A DNA stretch of 64,000 nt from Gammaproteobacteria bacterium (lineage in GTDB: Bacteria > Pseudomonadota > Gammaproteobacteria > Eutrophobiales > Eutrophobiaceae), in contig CAXMWX010000009.1 in assembly GCA_963422205.2 (NCBI GenBank), forward strand, positions 96,001 to 160,000, in the 5' to 3' direction. Under the pieces are notes generated by a model, which saw nothing but the letters and a program-made list of their open reading frames with translations, searched no databases and was not told the DNA's origin. Position numbers and translations under genes: made by a program. This document shows positions 1-12,372 of the stretch, in pieces (positions within the stretch are counted from its first letter, which is position 1; every line of letters begins with the position of its first letter).

Positions 1-774
1 ATGTTTGATACTTATCGCCAGCTCGCTTTCCTCAAGCTCATCAAAGTCTATTTTTCTGTAGCGATCTTCCGGGCTGGAGATGACCGCACCGGTGTAGGTG
101 TAGATGAGCTTGTGACCGGCACCGGAGGTATCCCTTTTTATCTGTGCATAGGTGCTGGCCTGCCACGGCTCTGTGGTCGGGTTATCGATCAGATAATCGA
201 TGGCTATCTGGTAACTGCCACGTTTCAGCCTGAATACCTTGGTGATAGCAACACCGCTCGCCGCCATCCAGGTGAGTGGTATGTCAATCTGCTCAGTATC
301 GCCCAGGCGGTAATCACGCTGTGTGCTGGCATAGCGCTGCTGGTGATTCGGCGCCTGCTCACCCAGCAGGCCGGTCTGTATCACATGCAGCAACTCATCG
401 CTGTTATCCAGGAAGATCACCGGCTGCTGCGGTTGTTTGACACTGACAGGATAGTCCAGTAACGCCGCATATTCTATCGCCCCGCCCAGCGTATTGATCC
501 TCAGATGCAAGACATCGGTATAGACATTGACATAGTCAGCCGACTGCTCCCCTGGCGGTTTATCCGCGGTGCTGATCTGCCTCGTTGGCAGAGTGGCTGA
601 AGGTGCTGTCGGCAACTCGGCCAGATCCGAGCTGGTCACGGTGGGTGCAGATTCACTATCGGCAGCGGGTAGTGGGGTTGTCCTGGCCGTGCCATAGTCC
701 CGCTGCCAGGCATCGTACAGCAGCATGGAGACCAGCACCAGGGACATGACTAGCAGGAAGCGAACGGTATCCAT
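1..774 (-). CDS. yidC: Membrane protein insertase YidC (5' part; runs off the window)
   Basis: Not in the ORF track. Manual minus-strand translation from ATG at 774 gives MDTVRFLLVMSLVLVSMLLYDAWQRDYG, a typical YidC N-terminal anchor. Canonical rpmH-rnpA-yidD-yidC order. Confidence 0.93.
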   Translation of the reverse strand, partial: MDTVRFLLVMSLVLVSMLLYDAWQRDYGTARTTPLPAADSESAPTVTSSDLAELPTAPSATLPTRQISTADKPPGEQSADYVNVYTDVLHLRINTLGGAIEYAALLDYPVSVKQPQQPVIFLDNSDELLHVIQTGLLGEQAPNHQQRYASTQRDYRLGDTEQIDIPLTWMAASGVAITKVFRLKRGSYQIAIDYLIDNPTTEPWQASTYAQIKRDTSGAGHKLIYTYTGAVISSPEDRYRKIDFDELEESELAISIKH

Positions 775-786
775 CGGCTGGTCAGC

Positions 787-996
787 TCAAGGCACCGGGT
801 CCCAACCCCCGGCACACCAGGGATGGCAACGACACAGCCTTTTTAGCGCCAGATAACCGCCTGTGAGCAGGCCGTGTTTCTCTATCGCCGCCAGCGCATA
901 GGCCGAGCAAACGGGGTGAAACCGGCACGACTGACCAAGATACGGGCTCAGAGACAGGCGATAGAGCGTGATCAGGGAGATAACTAATTTTTGCAC
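787..996 (-). CDS. yidD: Membrane protein insertion efficiency factor YidD
   Basis: Motifs CRFHPVCSAYA and RLCRCHPW..GGWDPVP. GTG start at 996 preferred (ORF extends to 1014). Confidence 0.93.
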   Translation of the reverse strand: MQKLVISLITLYRLSLSPYLGQSCRFHPVCSAYALAAIEKHGLLTGGYLALKRLCRCHPWCAGGWDPVP

Positions 997-1358
997 CGCC
1001 GTATTTTTTTCCAATGTTGCAGCAAAGCGCGCCGGATTTTATGGTTATTGATGGTGACGATATTTTTGTGAGAGACAACAACGACATCCAGCCCATTGAG
1101 CAGGTCCTGATGAGAACGAAAGCTCTCACGTATCAGCCGCTTCATCGTGTTTCTCAGCACGGCAAGCCGCAGGGACTTTTTTGATATCACCAAGCCAAGC
1201 CGGGCATACGCCCTGTCGTTGGCTTGGACTACCACCGTGAAATACTTGTCCCTGGAGCGATGGCGGGATGAGAAGACACGCCTGAACTGGGCTGGCCGCG
1301 TTAATCTGTACTGCCGCCCAAGGCCGGCTGAACAACGGCTACCCTGCCAAGCAGCCAC
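984..1358 (-). CDS. rnpA: Ribonuclease P protein component
   Basis: RL...F..VF and RLGLVISKK...AVLRNTMKRLIRESFR (RNR-like motif). Start approximate (GTG just after rpmH). Confidence 0.92.
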   Translation of the reverse strand: MAAWQGSRCSAGLGRQYRLTRPAQFRRVFSSRHRSRDKYFTVVVQANDRAYARLGLVISKKSLRLAVLRNTMKRLIRESFRSHQDLLNGLDVVVVSHKNIVTINNHKIRRALLQHWKKIRRCKN

Positions 1359-1365
1359 TTTACGA

Positions 1366-1500
1366 TCAGGCAGAGAGGCGCTTCCGTCCCCTGGCACGAC
1401 GTGCCTTGATGATCCGGCGACCTCCCTTGGTTTGCATACGAGCACGAAAACCATGACAACGTTTTCTCTTCAGTTTGCTCGGTTGATACGTGCGTTTCAT
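1366..1500 (-). CDS. rpmH: 50S ribosomal protein L34
   Basis: Manual translation [44 protein letters not shown] (44 aa, below the ORF-track cutoff). Confidence 0.97.
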   Translation of the reverse strand: MKRTYQPSKLKRKRCHGFRARMQTKGGRRIIKARRARGRKRLSA

Positions 1501-1533
1501 CAGCTTTCCACGGCTACGTTAAAAAGACCGCCT

Positions 1534-1563
1534 ATCTTACTGATTGCAGCCCGCCCTTGTCAA
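1534..1563 (-). promoter_or_regulatory. Candidate sigma70 promoter of the rpmH operon
   Basis: Minus strand TTGACA-N18-TAAGAT followed by GC-rich AGGCGG, about 35 bp upstream of rpmH. Confidence 0.6.
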
Positions 1564-1586
1564 TTTTGCCGCAAGGGCTTTGCTGT

Positions 1587-1595
1587 TGTGGATAA
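1587..1595 (-). promoter_or_regulatory. DnaA box in the rpmH-dnaA intergenic region
   Basis: TGTGGATAA is the perfect TTATCCACA box on the minus strand. Its position upstream of dnaA fits autoregulation. Confidence 0.8.
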
Positions 1596-1693
1596 CTTTC
1601 TATAAACACGATATACTGGATGACGATCTGTGTCATCGTATTTAAAAATTTCATTTTTCACCTGACAAACAATTAAGGGCTTAAGGTTGGCAA

Positions 1694-3037
1694 ATGTCTG
1701 TATGGGAATCATGTATAGAGCAACTTGAAGGCGAATTATCACCGCAGCAATTCAATACCTGGATCAGGCCATTACAGGCCATCGAACAACGCAACTCATT
1801 GCAGTTACTGGCACCGAACCGCTTTGTGCTGGACTGGATCAACGAGACATATCGGCAACGTATCGAAGAATTACTGCATGGCCTTGATGGCTACGCCAAT
1901 GCCATCGTCTCTGTCAGTGTCGGCAGCCAGAGTCCAGCAGTTGAATCACCATCGAACAGACACGGCACTGCCGGGGGGGGCGAAAAAACCCGCCCGATGA
2001 GACAGATAGCGAAACACTCCAGCAACCTGAACCCTAACTTCACCTTCGCTGCTTTTGTTGAGGGCAAGTCGAACCAGCTGGCCCGGGCGGCCTCAATACA
2101 GACCGCCGAGAATCCCGGTCTGGCCTACAATCCTCTGTTTATCTATGGCGGTGTGGGTCTCGGCAAAACCCATCTCATGCATGCCATCGGCCATGCCGTG
2201 GAAGCACAGAAAACCGGGGCGAATATCGCTTACCTGCATTCTGAGCGATTCGTTGCTGACATGGTCAAGGCCCTGCAACACAATTCAATCAACGAATTTA
2301 AACGTTATTATCGTTCGCTGGATGTGCTGCTGATAGATGATATTCAGTTTTTTGCCGGGAAAGAGCGCTCCCAGGAAGAGTTTTTTCATACGTTCAATGC
2401 CTTGCTGGAAGGCCAGAACCAAATCGTCTTGACCTGTGATCGCTACCCAAAAGAGGTGAATGGCCTGGAAGAGCGATTGAAATCCCGCTTTGGTTGGGGC
2501 CTGACTGTCGCTACAGAGCCACCGGAGTTAGAGACACGGGTGGCCATCATCAAGGCCAAGGCTGAACAAAACAATACCTTGTTGCCGGATGAGGTGGCTT
2601 TTTTCATTGCCAAACGGTTCCGCTCCAACGTCAGAGAGCTGGAAGGGGCGCTTAATCGTGTTATCGCCAATTCCAATCTCACCGGCCAGCCGATCACGCT
2701 GGCGTTTTGCCAGGCAGCGCTTAGAGACTTGTTATTATTGCAGGACAAACAAACGACCCTGGAGAATATCCAGAAGATTGTCGCTGAATACTATAAGATA
2801 CGAATTGCTGATATTTTATCAAAACGGCGCAGTCGCTCTGTCACCCGGCCACGGCAGGTGGCCATGGCGCTGGCGAAAGAACTGACAGATCACAGCTTGC
2901 CGGAAATTGGTGATGCCTTTGGTGGTCGTGATCATACCACTGTGCTGCATGCCTGTCGTAAAATTGCCGCCCTGCGCCAGGGTGATACCCGGATTGAAGA
3001 GGATTACAAAAATCTGGCGAACATATTAACATCGTGA
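1694..3037 (+). CDS. dnaA: Chromosomal replication initiator DnaA
   Basis: [17 protein letters not shown] Walker A, LLIDDIQF Walker [12 protein letters not shown] domain IV. Confidence 0.99.
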   Translation: MSVWESCIEQLEGELSPQQFNTWIRPLQAIEQRNSLQLLAPNRFVLDWINETYRQRIEELLHGLDGYANAIVSVSVGSQSPAVESPSNRHGTAGGGEKTRPMRQIAKHSSNLNPNFTFAAFVEGKSNQLARAASIQTAENPGLAYNPLFIYGGVGLGKTHLMHAIGHAVEAQKTGANIAYLHSERFVADMVKALQHNSINEFKRYYRSLDVLLIDDIQFFAGKERSQEEFFHTFNALLEGQNQIVLTCDRYPKEVNGLEERLKSRFGWGLTVATEPPELETRVAIIKAKAEQNNTLLPDEVAFFIAKRFRSNVRELEGALNRVIANSNLTGQPITLAFCQAALRDLLLLQDKQTTLENIQKIVAEYYKIRIADILSKRRSRSVTRPRQVAMALAKELTDHSLPEIGDAFGGRDHTTVLHACRKIAALRQGDTRIEEDYKNLANILTS

Positions 3038-3227
3038 GTGGGTAAGCCTGTGGATAAATGGTATGGCGGGCAGGCCCTGCCAGTTATGCACAATCCAATC
3101 ACAGCCAAGTCCCAGTTAATGCAGCAGAAGGAACATAAAAAAATTAGCCTAACTCTTTGTTTTAATTGAATTTATCAACTTAATACACAAATCAACGACA
3201 CCAAATAATAATCATACAAATATAGAT
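3038..3227. other. Probable oriC (dnaA-dnaN intergenic)
   Basis: DnaA boxes TGTGGATAA (3049-3057), TTATGCACA (3084-3092) and TAATACACA (3181-3189), plus a very AT-rich tract at about 3130-3227. Confidence 0.75.
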
Positions 3228-4328
3228 ATGAAATTTATTATTAAACGAGAGCAGCTTCTTCCTGCTTTGCAATCCGTCAATGCTGTTATAGAAAGGCGGC
3301 AGAATTTGTTTGTTTTGGTCAACCTGTTGTTGCGTGTTGGCGATGGGCAGATCAACCTGGTTGGTACGGATATGGAGGTTGAGCTTAGCGTTGCCGTGCC
3401 GGGCGACTTCCCCGAGGCGGGTGATAGCACATTGCCAGCCCGTAAATTACTGGATATTTGTCGGGCGCTGCCGGAACAGGCAGACATTAACTTCTCTATC
3501 TCTGGTGATCGTGCGGTGATCTCATCAGGCAAAAGCCGCTTCACGCTGGTGACATTGCCGGCGAAAGAATTCCCTCGAATCGAGCCGACAGACAGTGACA
3601 TTGAGCTTAAGCTGGTGCAGTCCGAATTCAAGGCATTGCTGGATAAGACGGCTTTTGCCATGGCACAGCAAGATGTGCGTTATTATCTGAATGGCATGTT
3701 GCTGGAAGTGGAATACGGCAGGTTACGGGCTGTCGCCACAGATGGGCATCGTCTGGCAATGGCCGAGATGCAGGCAGCGATTGACGTGCCTGCTGCACGG
3801 CAGCTTATCGTGCCACGCAAAGGGGTGCTGGAATTAAGCCGTTTGCTGACGGCCTCTGATGCTGAGGCCTGTGTTTCTCTGAGCCAGAATCACATACGTA
3901 TCACACTTGAGAATCAGGTCTTTACCAGCAAGTTGATTGACGGCAAGTTCCCGGATTACAAGCGTGTTATTCCTGAGCAAAGTACCACGCCAGTGGTGGC
4001 GGATCGTGAATTGTTGCGGCAAAGCCTGACGCGGGCCTCGATCCTGTCGAATGAGAAGTATCACGGAGTCCGTATTGAGCTGGCCAAGGATAAACTCATG
4101 GCCCTGGCGCACAATCCTGAGCAGGAGGAGGCCGAAGAAGAGATGCAGGTTGACTATAGTGGGCCGGAGTTGGATATCGGTTTTAATGTCTCTTATCTGC
4201 TTGATGCCATTAGCATTATCAAAGGGGATAAGATTGTGCTGGGCATTCCTGATCCGAATAGCAGTTGTTTATTGTTGGCGGAAAATGATGACAGTTGCCG
4301 GTATGTCGTCATGCCGATGCGTTTATAG
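3228..4328 (+). CDS. dnaN: DNA polymerase III beta sliding clamp
   Basis: AMAQQDVRYYLNG, VATDGHRLA, SKLIDGKFPDY, C-terminal YVVMPMRL. Confidence 0.99.
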   Translation: MKFIIKREQLLPALQSVNAVIERRQNLFVLVNLLLRVGDGQINLVGTDMEVELSVAVPGDFPEAGDSTLPARKLLDICRALPEQADINFSISGDRAVISSGKSRFTLVTLPAKEFPRIEPTDSDIELKLVQSEFKALLDKTAFAMAQQDVRYYLNGMLLEVEYGRLRAVATDGHRLAMAEMQAAIDVPAARQLIVPRKGVLELSRLLTASDAEACVSLSQNHIRITLENQVFTSKLIDGKFPDYKRVIPEQSTTPVVADRELLRQSLTRASILSNEKYHGVRIELAKDKLMALAHNPEQEEAEEEMQVDYSGPELDIGFNVSYLLDAISIIKGDKIVLGIPDPNSSCLLLAENDDSCRYVVMPMRL

Positions 4329-4334
4329 GTCTGC

Positions 4335-5399
4335 ATGCATCTTGAATGGTTGCGGATCAAGTCTGTTCGCAATTTACTGGATGTTCAACTGCAGCTAAAC
4401 CCCGATGTTAATGTATTCTCTGGCAACAATGGCAGTGGTAAAACGGCCTTGCTGGAGGCGATTCACTGCTTGAGCCGTTGCCGTTCGTTTCGTACCCCGC
4501 GCATTAATCATGTGGTTAATCATCAGCAAAAGACCCTGCAAATCAGTGCTGGTTTGCAACACCCTGAATATGGCTGCCTTACCACCGGTATTGAGCGTGG
4601 TTCGGGCAAAATAGCCATTCGTTTTAATCATCAGAATGTTGCAAAAGTCTCATCACAGGCCGCCGAGATTCCGGTCATCCCGGTAACGCCAGATAGCCAT
4701 GAGTTGGTCACTGGCTCACCGGCTCACCGGCGGAAATGGCTGGATTGGGCGATGTTTCACGTGGAACATGGCTACATTGAGCATTGGCGCAATTATCACA
4801 AGGCCCTGAAACAGCGTAATTATCTATTGCAACATGGCATGGAGGAAGAGCTTGATGTGTGGGAAAGACAGCTTGCTAAGGCGGCTATCAGGATAAATAC
4901 CGCCAGAGAAAAGTATTTACAGACGTTGTTGCAGCAGCTTGAATCAGTCGCTGGTCAATTAGCCGTCGACTGCCCTCAACTGCTCTATCGGCCGGGCTGG
5001 CCGGATAGCAGGTCCCTGGCGGCGTGTTTGAAGGAAAGTCGTCAGCAGGATGTCAAGATGGCGAGAACACGATACGGTGTGCATCGCAGTGAGCTGGCTA
5101 TCAGCGTCAATGGCGGGTTGATTGCCCATTCCTACTCAAGAGGGCAGATTAAATTACTGATAAACGCCCTATCCTGGTCACAGGCATTGGTTATCCACAA
5201 ACACACAGGAAAATACCCCATTTTGCTGGCGGACGATTTTCTCGCTGAACTGGATAAATCGGCCAAACAGCGCATCACAGAAGTCTATGGCGGGTATCCG
5301 GGCCAGGTCTTCATGACCACCACAAACGACCCCTTCGTTACTGATTTATTTAAAGAAAAATTGTTTCACGTGAAACATGGCGAGGTCAATCCATGGTAA
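4335..5399 (+). CDS. recF: DNA replication/repair protein RecF
   Basis: GNNGSGKT Walker A, SFR, SRGQIK signature, LLADDFLAELD; synteny. Confidence 0.96.
   Translation: MHLEWLRIKSVRNLLDVQLQLNPDVNVFSGNNGSGKTALLEAIHCLSRCRSFRTPRINHVVNHQQKTLQISAGLQHPEYGCLTTGIERGSGKIAIRFNHQNVAKVSSQAAEIPVIPVTPDSHELVTGSPAHRRKWLDWAMFHVEHGYIEHWRNYHKALKQRNYLLQHGMEEELDVWERQLAKAAIRINTAREKYLQTLLQQLESVAGQLAVDCPQLLYRPGWPDSRSLAACLKESRQQDVKMARTRYGVHRSELAISVNGGLIAHSYSRGQIKLLINALSWSQALVIHKHTGKYPILLADDFLAELDKSAKQRITEVYGGYPGQVFMTTTNDPFVTDLFKEKLFHVKHGEVNPW
4753..4768. other. parS centromere-like site (1 mismatch)
   Basis: TGTTTCACGTGGAACA inside recF. Confidence 0.85.
5191..5199 (+). promoter_or_regulatory. Perfect DnaA box inside recF
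   Basis: TTATCCACA; function not demonstrable from sequence. Confidence 0.45.
5362..5377. other. parS centromere-like site (perfect palindrome)
   Basis: TGTTTCACGTGAAACA at the 3' end of recF. Confidence 0.9.
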
Positions 5400-7832
<2,433 letters not shown>

Positions 7833-7846
7833 CCACCGCCTGCCGG

Positions 7847-8548
7847 CTATCGGCTACCGGCCCTGGCCAGCGCCCACACAACCACCCGTTGCACTCCCGC
7901 CTGTTTTAACAAATGCGCCAACTCATTGCAGGTCGCCCCGGTCGTGACGACATCATCAATGATGGCGACATGCTGGTAATTGACCGCAGCGTTGAGCCGA
8001 AATGCCTTGCTGATATTGGCCTTGCGTTGTGTCGGCCCGAGCCTCGCCTGTTCCTGTGTGTGACGAGTGCGACTTATCATCTGATCAATACACGGCAGAT
8101 CAAGCCGCCGGCTTAATTCTCTGGCGATGAGTCCGGCCTGGTTGTAGCCGCGCCAGCCCAGGCGGCGCACATGCAGTGGTACAGGAACAAGACAATCCGG
8201 CAGCCCTGATAAATTGGCCAGCCGCCGCGACAGTGGCAGCATAAGGCTGGCCAGCAAGTGCAGTTGACCGCGGTATTTCATTGCCTGGATCAGGCGGTCA
8301 ACCGGGTAGCTGTATTGCAACCCGGCAACACAGTGATCATAAACAGGCGGGCGCTTCAGGCAGTCGGGACACACGGCAGTGCAGGGCAGGCTGATCCCGC
8401 AATGGGAACAACACGGCTCAATGACCGGCAGCCGGGCGGTGCAGGCCGCACAAAGTGCCGCCTCTGCCACCGGTTCACTGCATAGCGCACAAACCTGTGG
8501 CAGCAGGGTGATGAGTAACTGTTTAAGTTTAAAGTAGTAGTCAACCAC
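7847..8548 (-). CDS. comF: ComF family amidophosphoribosyltransferase-like protein
   Basis: Four CxxC pairs, RGYNQA, IIDDVVTTGAT; divergent from bioB. Start approximate. Confidence 0.9.
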   Translation of the reverse strand: MVDYYFKLKQLLITLLPQVCALCSEPVAEAALCAACTARLPVIEPCCSHCGISLPCTAVCPDCLKRPPVYDHCVAGLQYSYPVDRLIQAMKYRGQLHLLASLMLPLSRRLANLSGLPDCLVPVPLHVRRLGWRGYNQAGLIARELSRRLDLPCIDQMISRTRHTQEQARLGPTQRKANISKAFRLNAAVNYQHVAIIDDVVTTGATCNELAHLLKQAGVQRVVVWALARAGSR

Positions 8549-8567
8549 CACGCCCCTCCAGGTTGAC
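8540..8567. promoter_or_regulatory. BirA operator (bioO)
   Basis: Inverted repeat GTCAACC-N14-GGTTGAC 54 bp upstream of bioB. The right arm overlaps a TTGACA -35-like hexamer (8563-8568). Confidence 0.8.
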
Positions 8568-8621
8568 AAATATCCCGTGCTGCCTAAGATGCCTTGACGC
8601 TCTTCTAAAGGATACCTGTCC

Positions 8622-9620
8622 ATGCCGCCGGTTCATAAAATTAATGCCATTGAACAAAACGCCCGTCCGCCGCCCCGTCATGACTGGCGACTTGATGAGG
8701 TTATCGCCTTGTACGGGCAGCCGTTTAATGATCTGCTGCATCAGGCACACGGTGTTCACCGGCAATGCTTCGATCCTAACGAGGTGCAGTTAAGCACGCT
8801 GCTGAACATAAAAAGCGGCGGTTGCCCGGAAGACTGTGCCTACTGCCCGCAAAGCGCCCGTTATGATACCGGACTGAAGGCAGAGGGCTTGATGTCTTAT
8901 GAGCAGGTCATGTGCGCTGCCGAGGCGGCGGCGGCCAGTGGCGCCGGGCGTTTTTGTATGGGTGCGGCCTGGCGCTGCCCGAAAGATAAAGACCTGAAGC
9001 AGGTGGAGGAGATGGTGCGTGGTGTCAAATCCTTGGGGCTTGAAACCTGCCTCACGCTGGGCATGTTGACAGGGCAGCAGGCAGAGCAACTGGCCGCCGC
9101 CGGGCTGGACTACTACAACCACAACCTTGACACCTCGCCTGAGTATTATGAGAAAATTATCACCACCCGCCGCTATTCTGATCGCCTGCAAACCCTGCAA
9201 CATGTGCGTGATGCCGGGATCAAGGTCTGCTGCGGTGGCATTTTAGGGCTGGGCGAATCAACGCAAGATCGTGCCCGCCTGCTGCAAACCCTGGCCAACC
9301 TGCCAGAGCATCCCGAAAGCCTGCCGATCAATCTGTTTGTCAAGGTGGCGGGTACGCCATTGGCAAAAGACAGCAATTTTGATGAGTTTGATCTGGTCAG
9401 GACGGTTGCCATTGCCCGCATTCTCATGCCGACTGCCCGGCTGCGGCTCTCTGCCGGACGGGCAGAGATGACCGACAGCCTGCAAGCCCTGTGTTTTCAT
9501 GCCGGCGCCAACTCGGTCTTCTACGGGGAGAGACTGCTGACTACCGAAAACCCGGCGTATGGCAGGGATGAGGCATTGTTTGCCCGGCTGGGGATGCGCT
9601 CGAACACGGCAACGGCCTAG
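8622..9620 (+). CDS. bioB: Biotin synthase
   Basis: [11 protein letters not shown] radical SAM motif, YNHNLDT, VCCGGI. Confidence 0.98.
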   Translation: MPPVHKINAIEQNARPPPRHDWRLDEVIALYGQPFNDLLHQAHGVHRQCFDPNEVQLSTLLNIKSGGCPEDCAYCPQSARYDTGLKAEGLMSYEQVMCAAEAAAASGAGRFCMGAAWRCPKDKDLKQVEEMVRGVKSLGLETCLTLGMLTGQQAEQLAAAGLDYYNHNLDTSPEYYEKIITTRRYSDRLQTLQHVRDAGIKVCCGGILGLGESTQDRARLLQTLANLPEHPESLPINLFVKVAGTPLAKDSNFDEFDLVRTVAIARILMPTARLRLSAGRAEMTDSLQALCFHAGANSVFYGERLLTTENPAYGRDEALFARLGMRSNTATA

Positions 9621-9626
9621 CCGCAA

Positions 9627-10808
9627 GTGGCCGGGCAGGAGTGGCTGCAACAGCGGTTGGATGCGATTTGCAGGCAGGGTCTTTGGCGCCAGCAGCTCAT
9701 CCGGTTTCCGCAGGCGGCTGCCAGCCGCCATGGAAGTGATCGGTCGGCCAGGCAGCCAATAGACTTTTGCAGCAATGACTATCTGGCGCTGTCTGATGAT
9801 GTGCGCCTGGTAGAGACGCTGCAAGAGGCCGTGAGGCAGTATGGCATCGGCAGCGGCGGCTCGCCATTGATTTGCGGCTACAGCCGTGCCCATGCCGAGC
9901 TGGAGGGCCGGGTGTGTGAGTTGACCGGCTATCCCCGCGCCCTGCTGTTTACCAGCGGCTACCTGGCCAACCTCGCCCTGGTTGGCACGTTTGCCGACTG
10001 CCGCCGGAGCTGTGTGCTGATGGACAAGCATAACCATGCCTCGTTGATCGATGCAGGCCGGCTGGCGGCGGCGAAACTCAGGCGCTATCCGCACCTGAAC
10101 CTGCCGAAGCTGGACGCCATGTTGACCGAACCGGGCAGGAAGATGGTTATCACAGAGGGCGTGTTCAGCATGAGTGGTGCTGTCCCTGATCTGGGCGCCA
10201 TTGCCGCCCTGTGCAAGCGGCACGATGCCCTGCTGGCGGTCGATGATGCACACGGCTTTGGCGTGCTGGGCGAAGCCGGGGCCGGCAGCATCCGCCACCA
10301 TCGGCTTGCCAGCCATGATGTGCCTTTGATGATGGCGACATTTGGCAAGGCCGTGGGTGTGCAGGGGGCTTTTATTGCTGGCACGGAGAAGCTGATCGCG
10401 TTGCTTCTGCAACGAGGGCGCAGTTATATGTATTCCACCGCCCTGCCGGCGGCGCTGGCGGCAACCGCCAGCCAGGCGCTTGACCTGGTGGCAAAAGAGA
10501 ACTGGCGCCGGGAAAAATTGCATGAGTTGATCGCCTTTTTTCGTCATGGCGCCGAGGTACGGGGGCTTGGCATCGTCGATTCCATGACGCCGGTGCAGGG
10601 CCTGTTGATAAAAGGCAACGATGATGTCGTGCGGGCGGGCGACTGGCTGGCAGCCAGAGGGATGATCACCGGGGTGATCCGCTCGCCTACCGTGCCGAAA
10701 AACACCGAGCGGCTCCGCATCAGCCTGACTGCCGCCCTGAGCCAGGCCGATGTCGCCTTGCTGCTTGATGGGTTGGCGGTAATGCAGGAGAGGCTGGCAC
10801 CGCCATGA
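9627..10808 (+). CDS. bioF: 8-amino-7-oxononanoate synthase
   Basis: FCSNDYLAL, NHASLIDA, VDDAHGFG, TFGKA (PLP lysine). Confidence 0.96.
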   Translation: MAGQEWLQQRLDAICRQGLWRQQLIRFPQAAASRHGSDRSARQPIDFCSNDYLALSDDVRLVETLQEAVRQYGIGSGGSPLICGYSRAHAELEGRVCELTGYPRALLFTSGYLANLALVGTFADCRRSCVLMDKHNHASLIDAGRLAAAKLRRYPHLNLPKLDAMLTEPGRKMVITEGVFSMSGAVPDLGAIAALCKRHDALLAVDDAHGFGVLGEAGAGSIRHHRLASHDVPLMMATFGKAVGVQGAFIAGTEKLIALLLQRGRSYMYSTALPAALAATASQALDLVAKENWRREKLHELIAFFRHGAEVRGLGIVDSMTPVQGLLIKGNDDVVRAGDWLAARGMITGVIRSPTVPKNTERLRISLTAALSQADVALLLDGLAVMQERLAPP

Positions 10809-11683
10809 CCGAAGCCTATCAGCGCGAGAAACACCGGATCAGGCAGAATTTCGATGCCGCCGCGGGCGAGTATGATACCGTGGCCGAGTTACAGCGCACA
10901 GTGGCCGGGCATCTGCTGGAACAGCTTGAGCTGATTCGCCTAACGCCTGCTGTGACGCTGGACCTGGGCTCAGGGACAGGGTTTGTTGGCCGGAAGGTCA
11001 GCACCATCTTCACCAGAAGCCGGGTGTTGCAACTGGATTATGCGCTGAACATGTTGCGGCAGGCACGGCGGCATGACAGGCGGTTTTTTTCCAGGCACAC
11101 CTTCATCTGTGCGGATGCTGAAGACCTGCCGCTGCCGGATCAATCGGTAGACCTCATCATCTCCAATCTCATGCTGCAATGGATTGCCTCGCCAGGGGAA
11201 CTTATGCGTGAGTGTGGTCGGGTGTTGCGGCCCGGCGGCCTGTTTCTGTTCAGCAGCTTCGGCCCGGACACCTTGCAGGAGTTGCGAGAGAGCTGGCGGG
11301 CGGTGGATGCCCATGTGCATGTGAATGCCTTTGTTGATATGCACGATCTGGGGCAGGATCTGATCCGGGCCGGGTTTGAACAGCCCGTGTTGCAGACAGA
11401 GCGGTTTACCCTGCTGTACGATGATGTTCATGCCTTGATGCGGGAGTTAAAGGCGCTGGGTGCGGCGAATGTCAATCGCGGCAGACGCAAGACGCTGACA
11501 ACAGCCGCCATGTTTGCCCGTCTGGCCGCGGCCTATGACCGGGACTTCCCCGGCCCGCGATTGCCAGCCACCTTTGAAGTGGTTTATGGTCATGCCTGGT
11601 GGCCATCGCAGGCGGGAGTGCCGATGGCAGGCAGCCCGGTGGCGATACCGGTGACAGCGATAGGCCGCCGGCAGAAGCCATGA
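10805..11683 (+). CDS. bioC: Malonyl-ACP O-methyltransferase BioC
   Basis: LDLGSGTG SAM motif, SNLMLQW, FGPDTLQEL, HVNAFVDMHDLG. Confidence 0.95.
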   Translation: MTEAYQREKHRIRQNFDAAAGEYDTVAELQRTVAGHLLEQLELIRLTPAVTLDLGSGTGFVGRKVSTIFTRSRVLQLDYALNMLRQARRHDRRFFSRHTFICADAEDLPLPDQSVDLIISNLMLQWIASPGELMRECGRVLRPGGLFLFSSFGPDTLQELRESWRAVDAHVHVNAFVDMHDLGQDLIRAGFEQPVLQTERFTLLYDDVHALMRELKALGAANVNRGRRKTLTTAAMFARLAAAYDRDFPGPRLPATFEVVYGHAWWPSQAGVPMAGSPVAIPVTAIGRRQKP

Positions 11684-12372
11684 CGGCGGCGGGGTTTTTT
11701 GTTACGGGCACCGATACCGGGATAGGCAAGACCTGGGTCACCGGGTGGTTGATGGCACAATTACAAGGCCAGGGTTTTACAGTAAACGGGATGAAGCCGG
11801 TTGCCAGCGGGTGCGAGCAGCACGAGGGTCGGTTACAGAACAGCGATGCCTTGCAGCTTCAGGCGCAAAGCTCCCTGCCACGGGATTATGCCGAGCACAA
11901 TCCCTATGCCTTTGCTGCGCCGATTGCGCCGCATTTTGCCGCACACCGCCAGGGCGTACATATTGAGCCGGAGACCATCAGCGGTTGTTATGCGGCTGTG
12001 GCTGATGGTGTCGACCTGGTGCTGGTGGAAGGGGCGGGCGGCTGGTCGGTGCCCCTGGCTGACGATTTGTCCTGGGCGGATGTTGTCAGGGCCTTGGATC
12101 TTGGCGTGATTTTGGTTGTGGGTATGCGGCTGGGGTGTATCAATCATGCCCTGCTGACTGCCCGTGCGATAGGGGCGGATGATTGTGTCTTGTCGGGCTG
12201 GGTCGCCAACCAGATCGATTCGGAGTATGAAGAATTTGAGGTGACTTTCGCCTGTCTGCAAGGTGCTGTTCCGGCACCGCTTCTGGCCGTGGTCCCGCAT
12301 AATGATGCCGCCAGACAGGGTTGTTCAACTGGTGGCCTGAATTTGTCCATATTTTGTGCTGCATCATTCTGA
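11680..12372 (+). CDS. bioD: Dethiobiotin synthase
   Basis: FVTGTDTGIGKT, MKPVASG, VEGAGG, LGCINHA. ATG at 11680 overlaps the bioC stop. Confidence 0.96.
   Translation: MTAAGFFVTGTDTGIGKTWVTGWLMAQLQGQGFTVNGMKPVASGCEQHEGRLQNSDALQLQAQSSLPRDYAEHNPYAFAAPIAPHFAAHRQGVHIEPETISGCYAAVADGVDLVLVEGAGGWSVPLADDLSWADVVRALDLGVILVVGMRLGCINHALLTARAIGADDCVLSGWVANQIDSEYEEFEVTFACLQGAVPAPLLAVVPHNDAARQGCSTGGLNLSIFCAASF

Noticed and set aside
1-462. 153-aa plus-strand ORF at the window start
   Set aside because: Antisense shadow of yidC, which reads on the minus strand.
9258-10547. 429-aa minus-strand ORF, and similar long antisense ORFs such as 48462-49286 and 52653-53414
   Set aside because: They fully overlap well-supported genes on the opposite strand and show no motifs; expected in GC-rich DNA.
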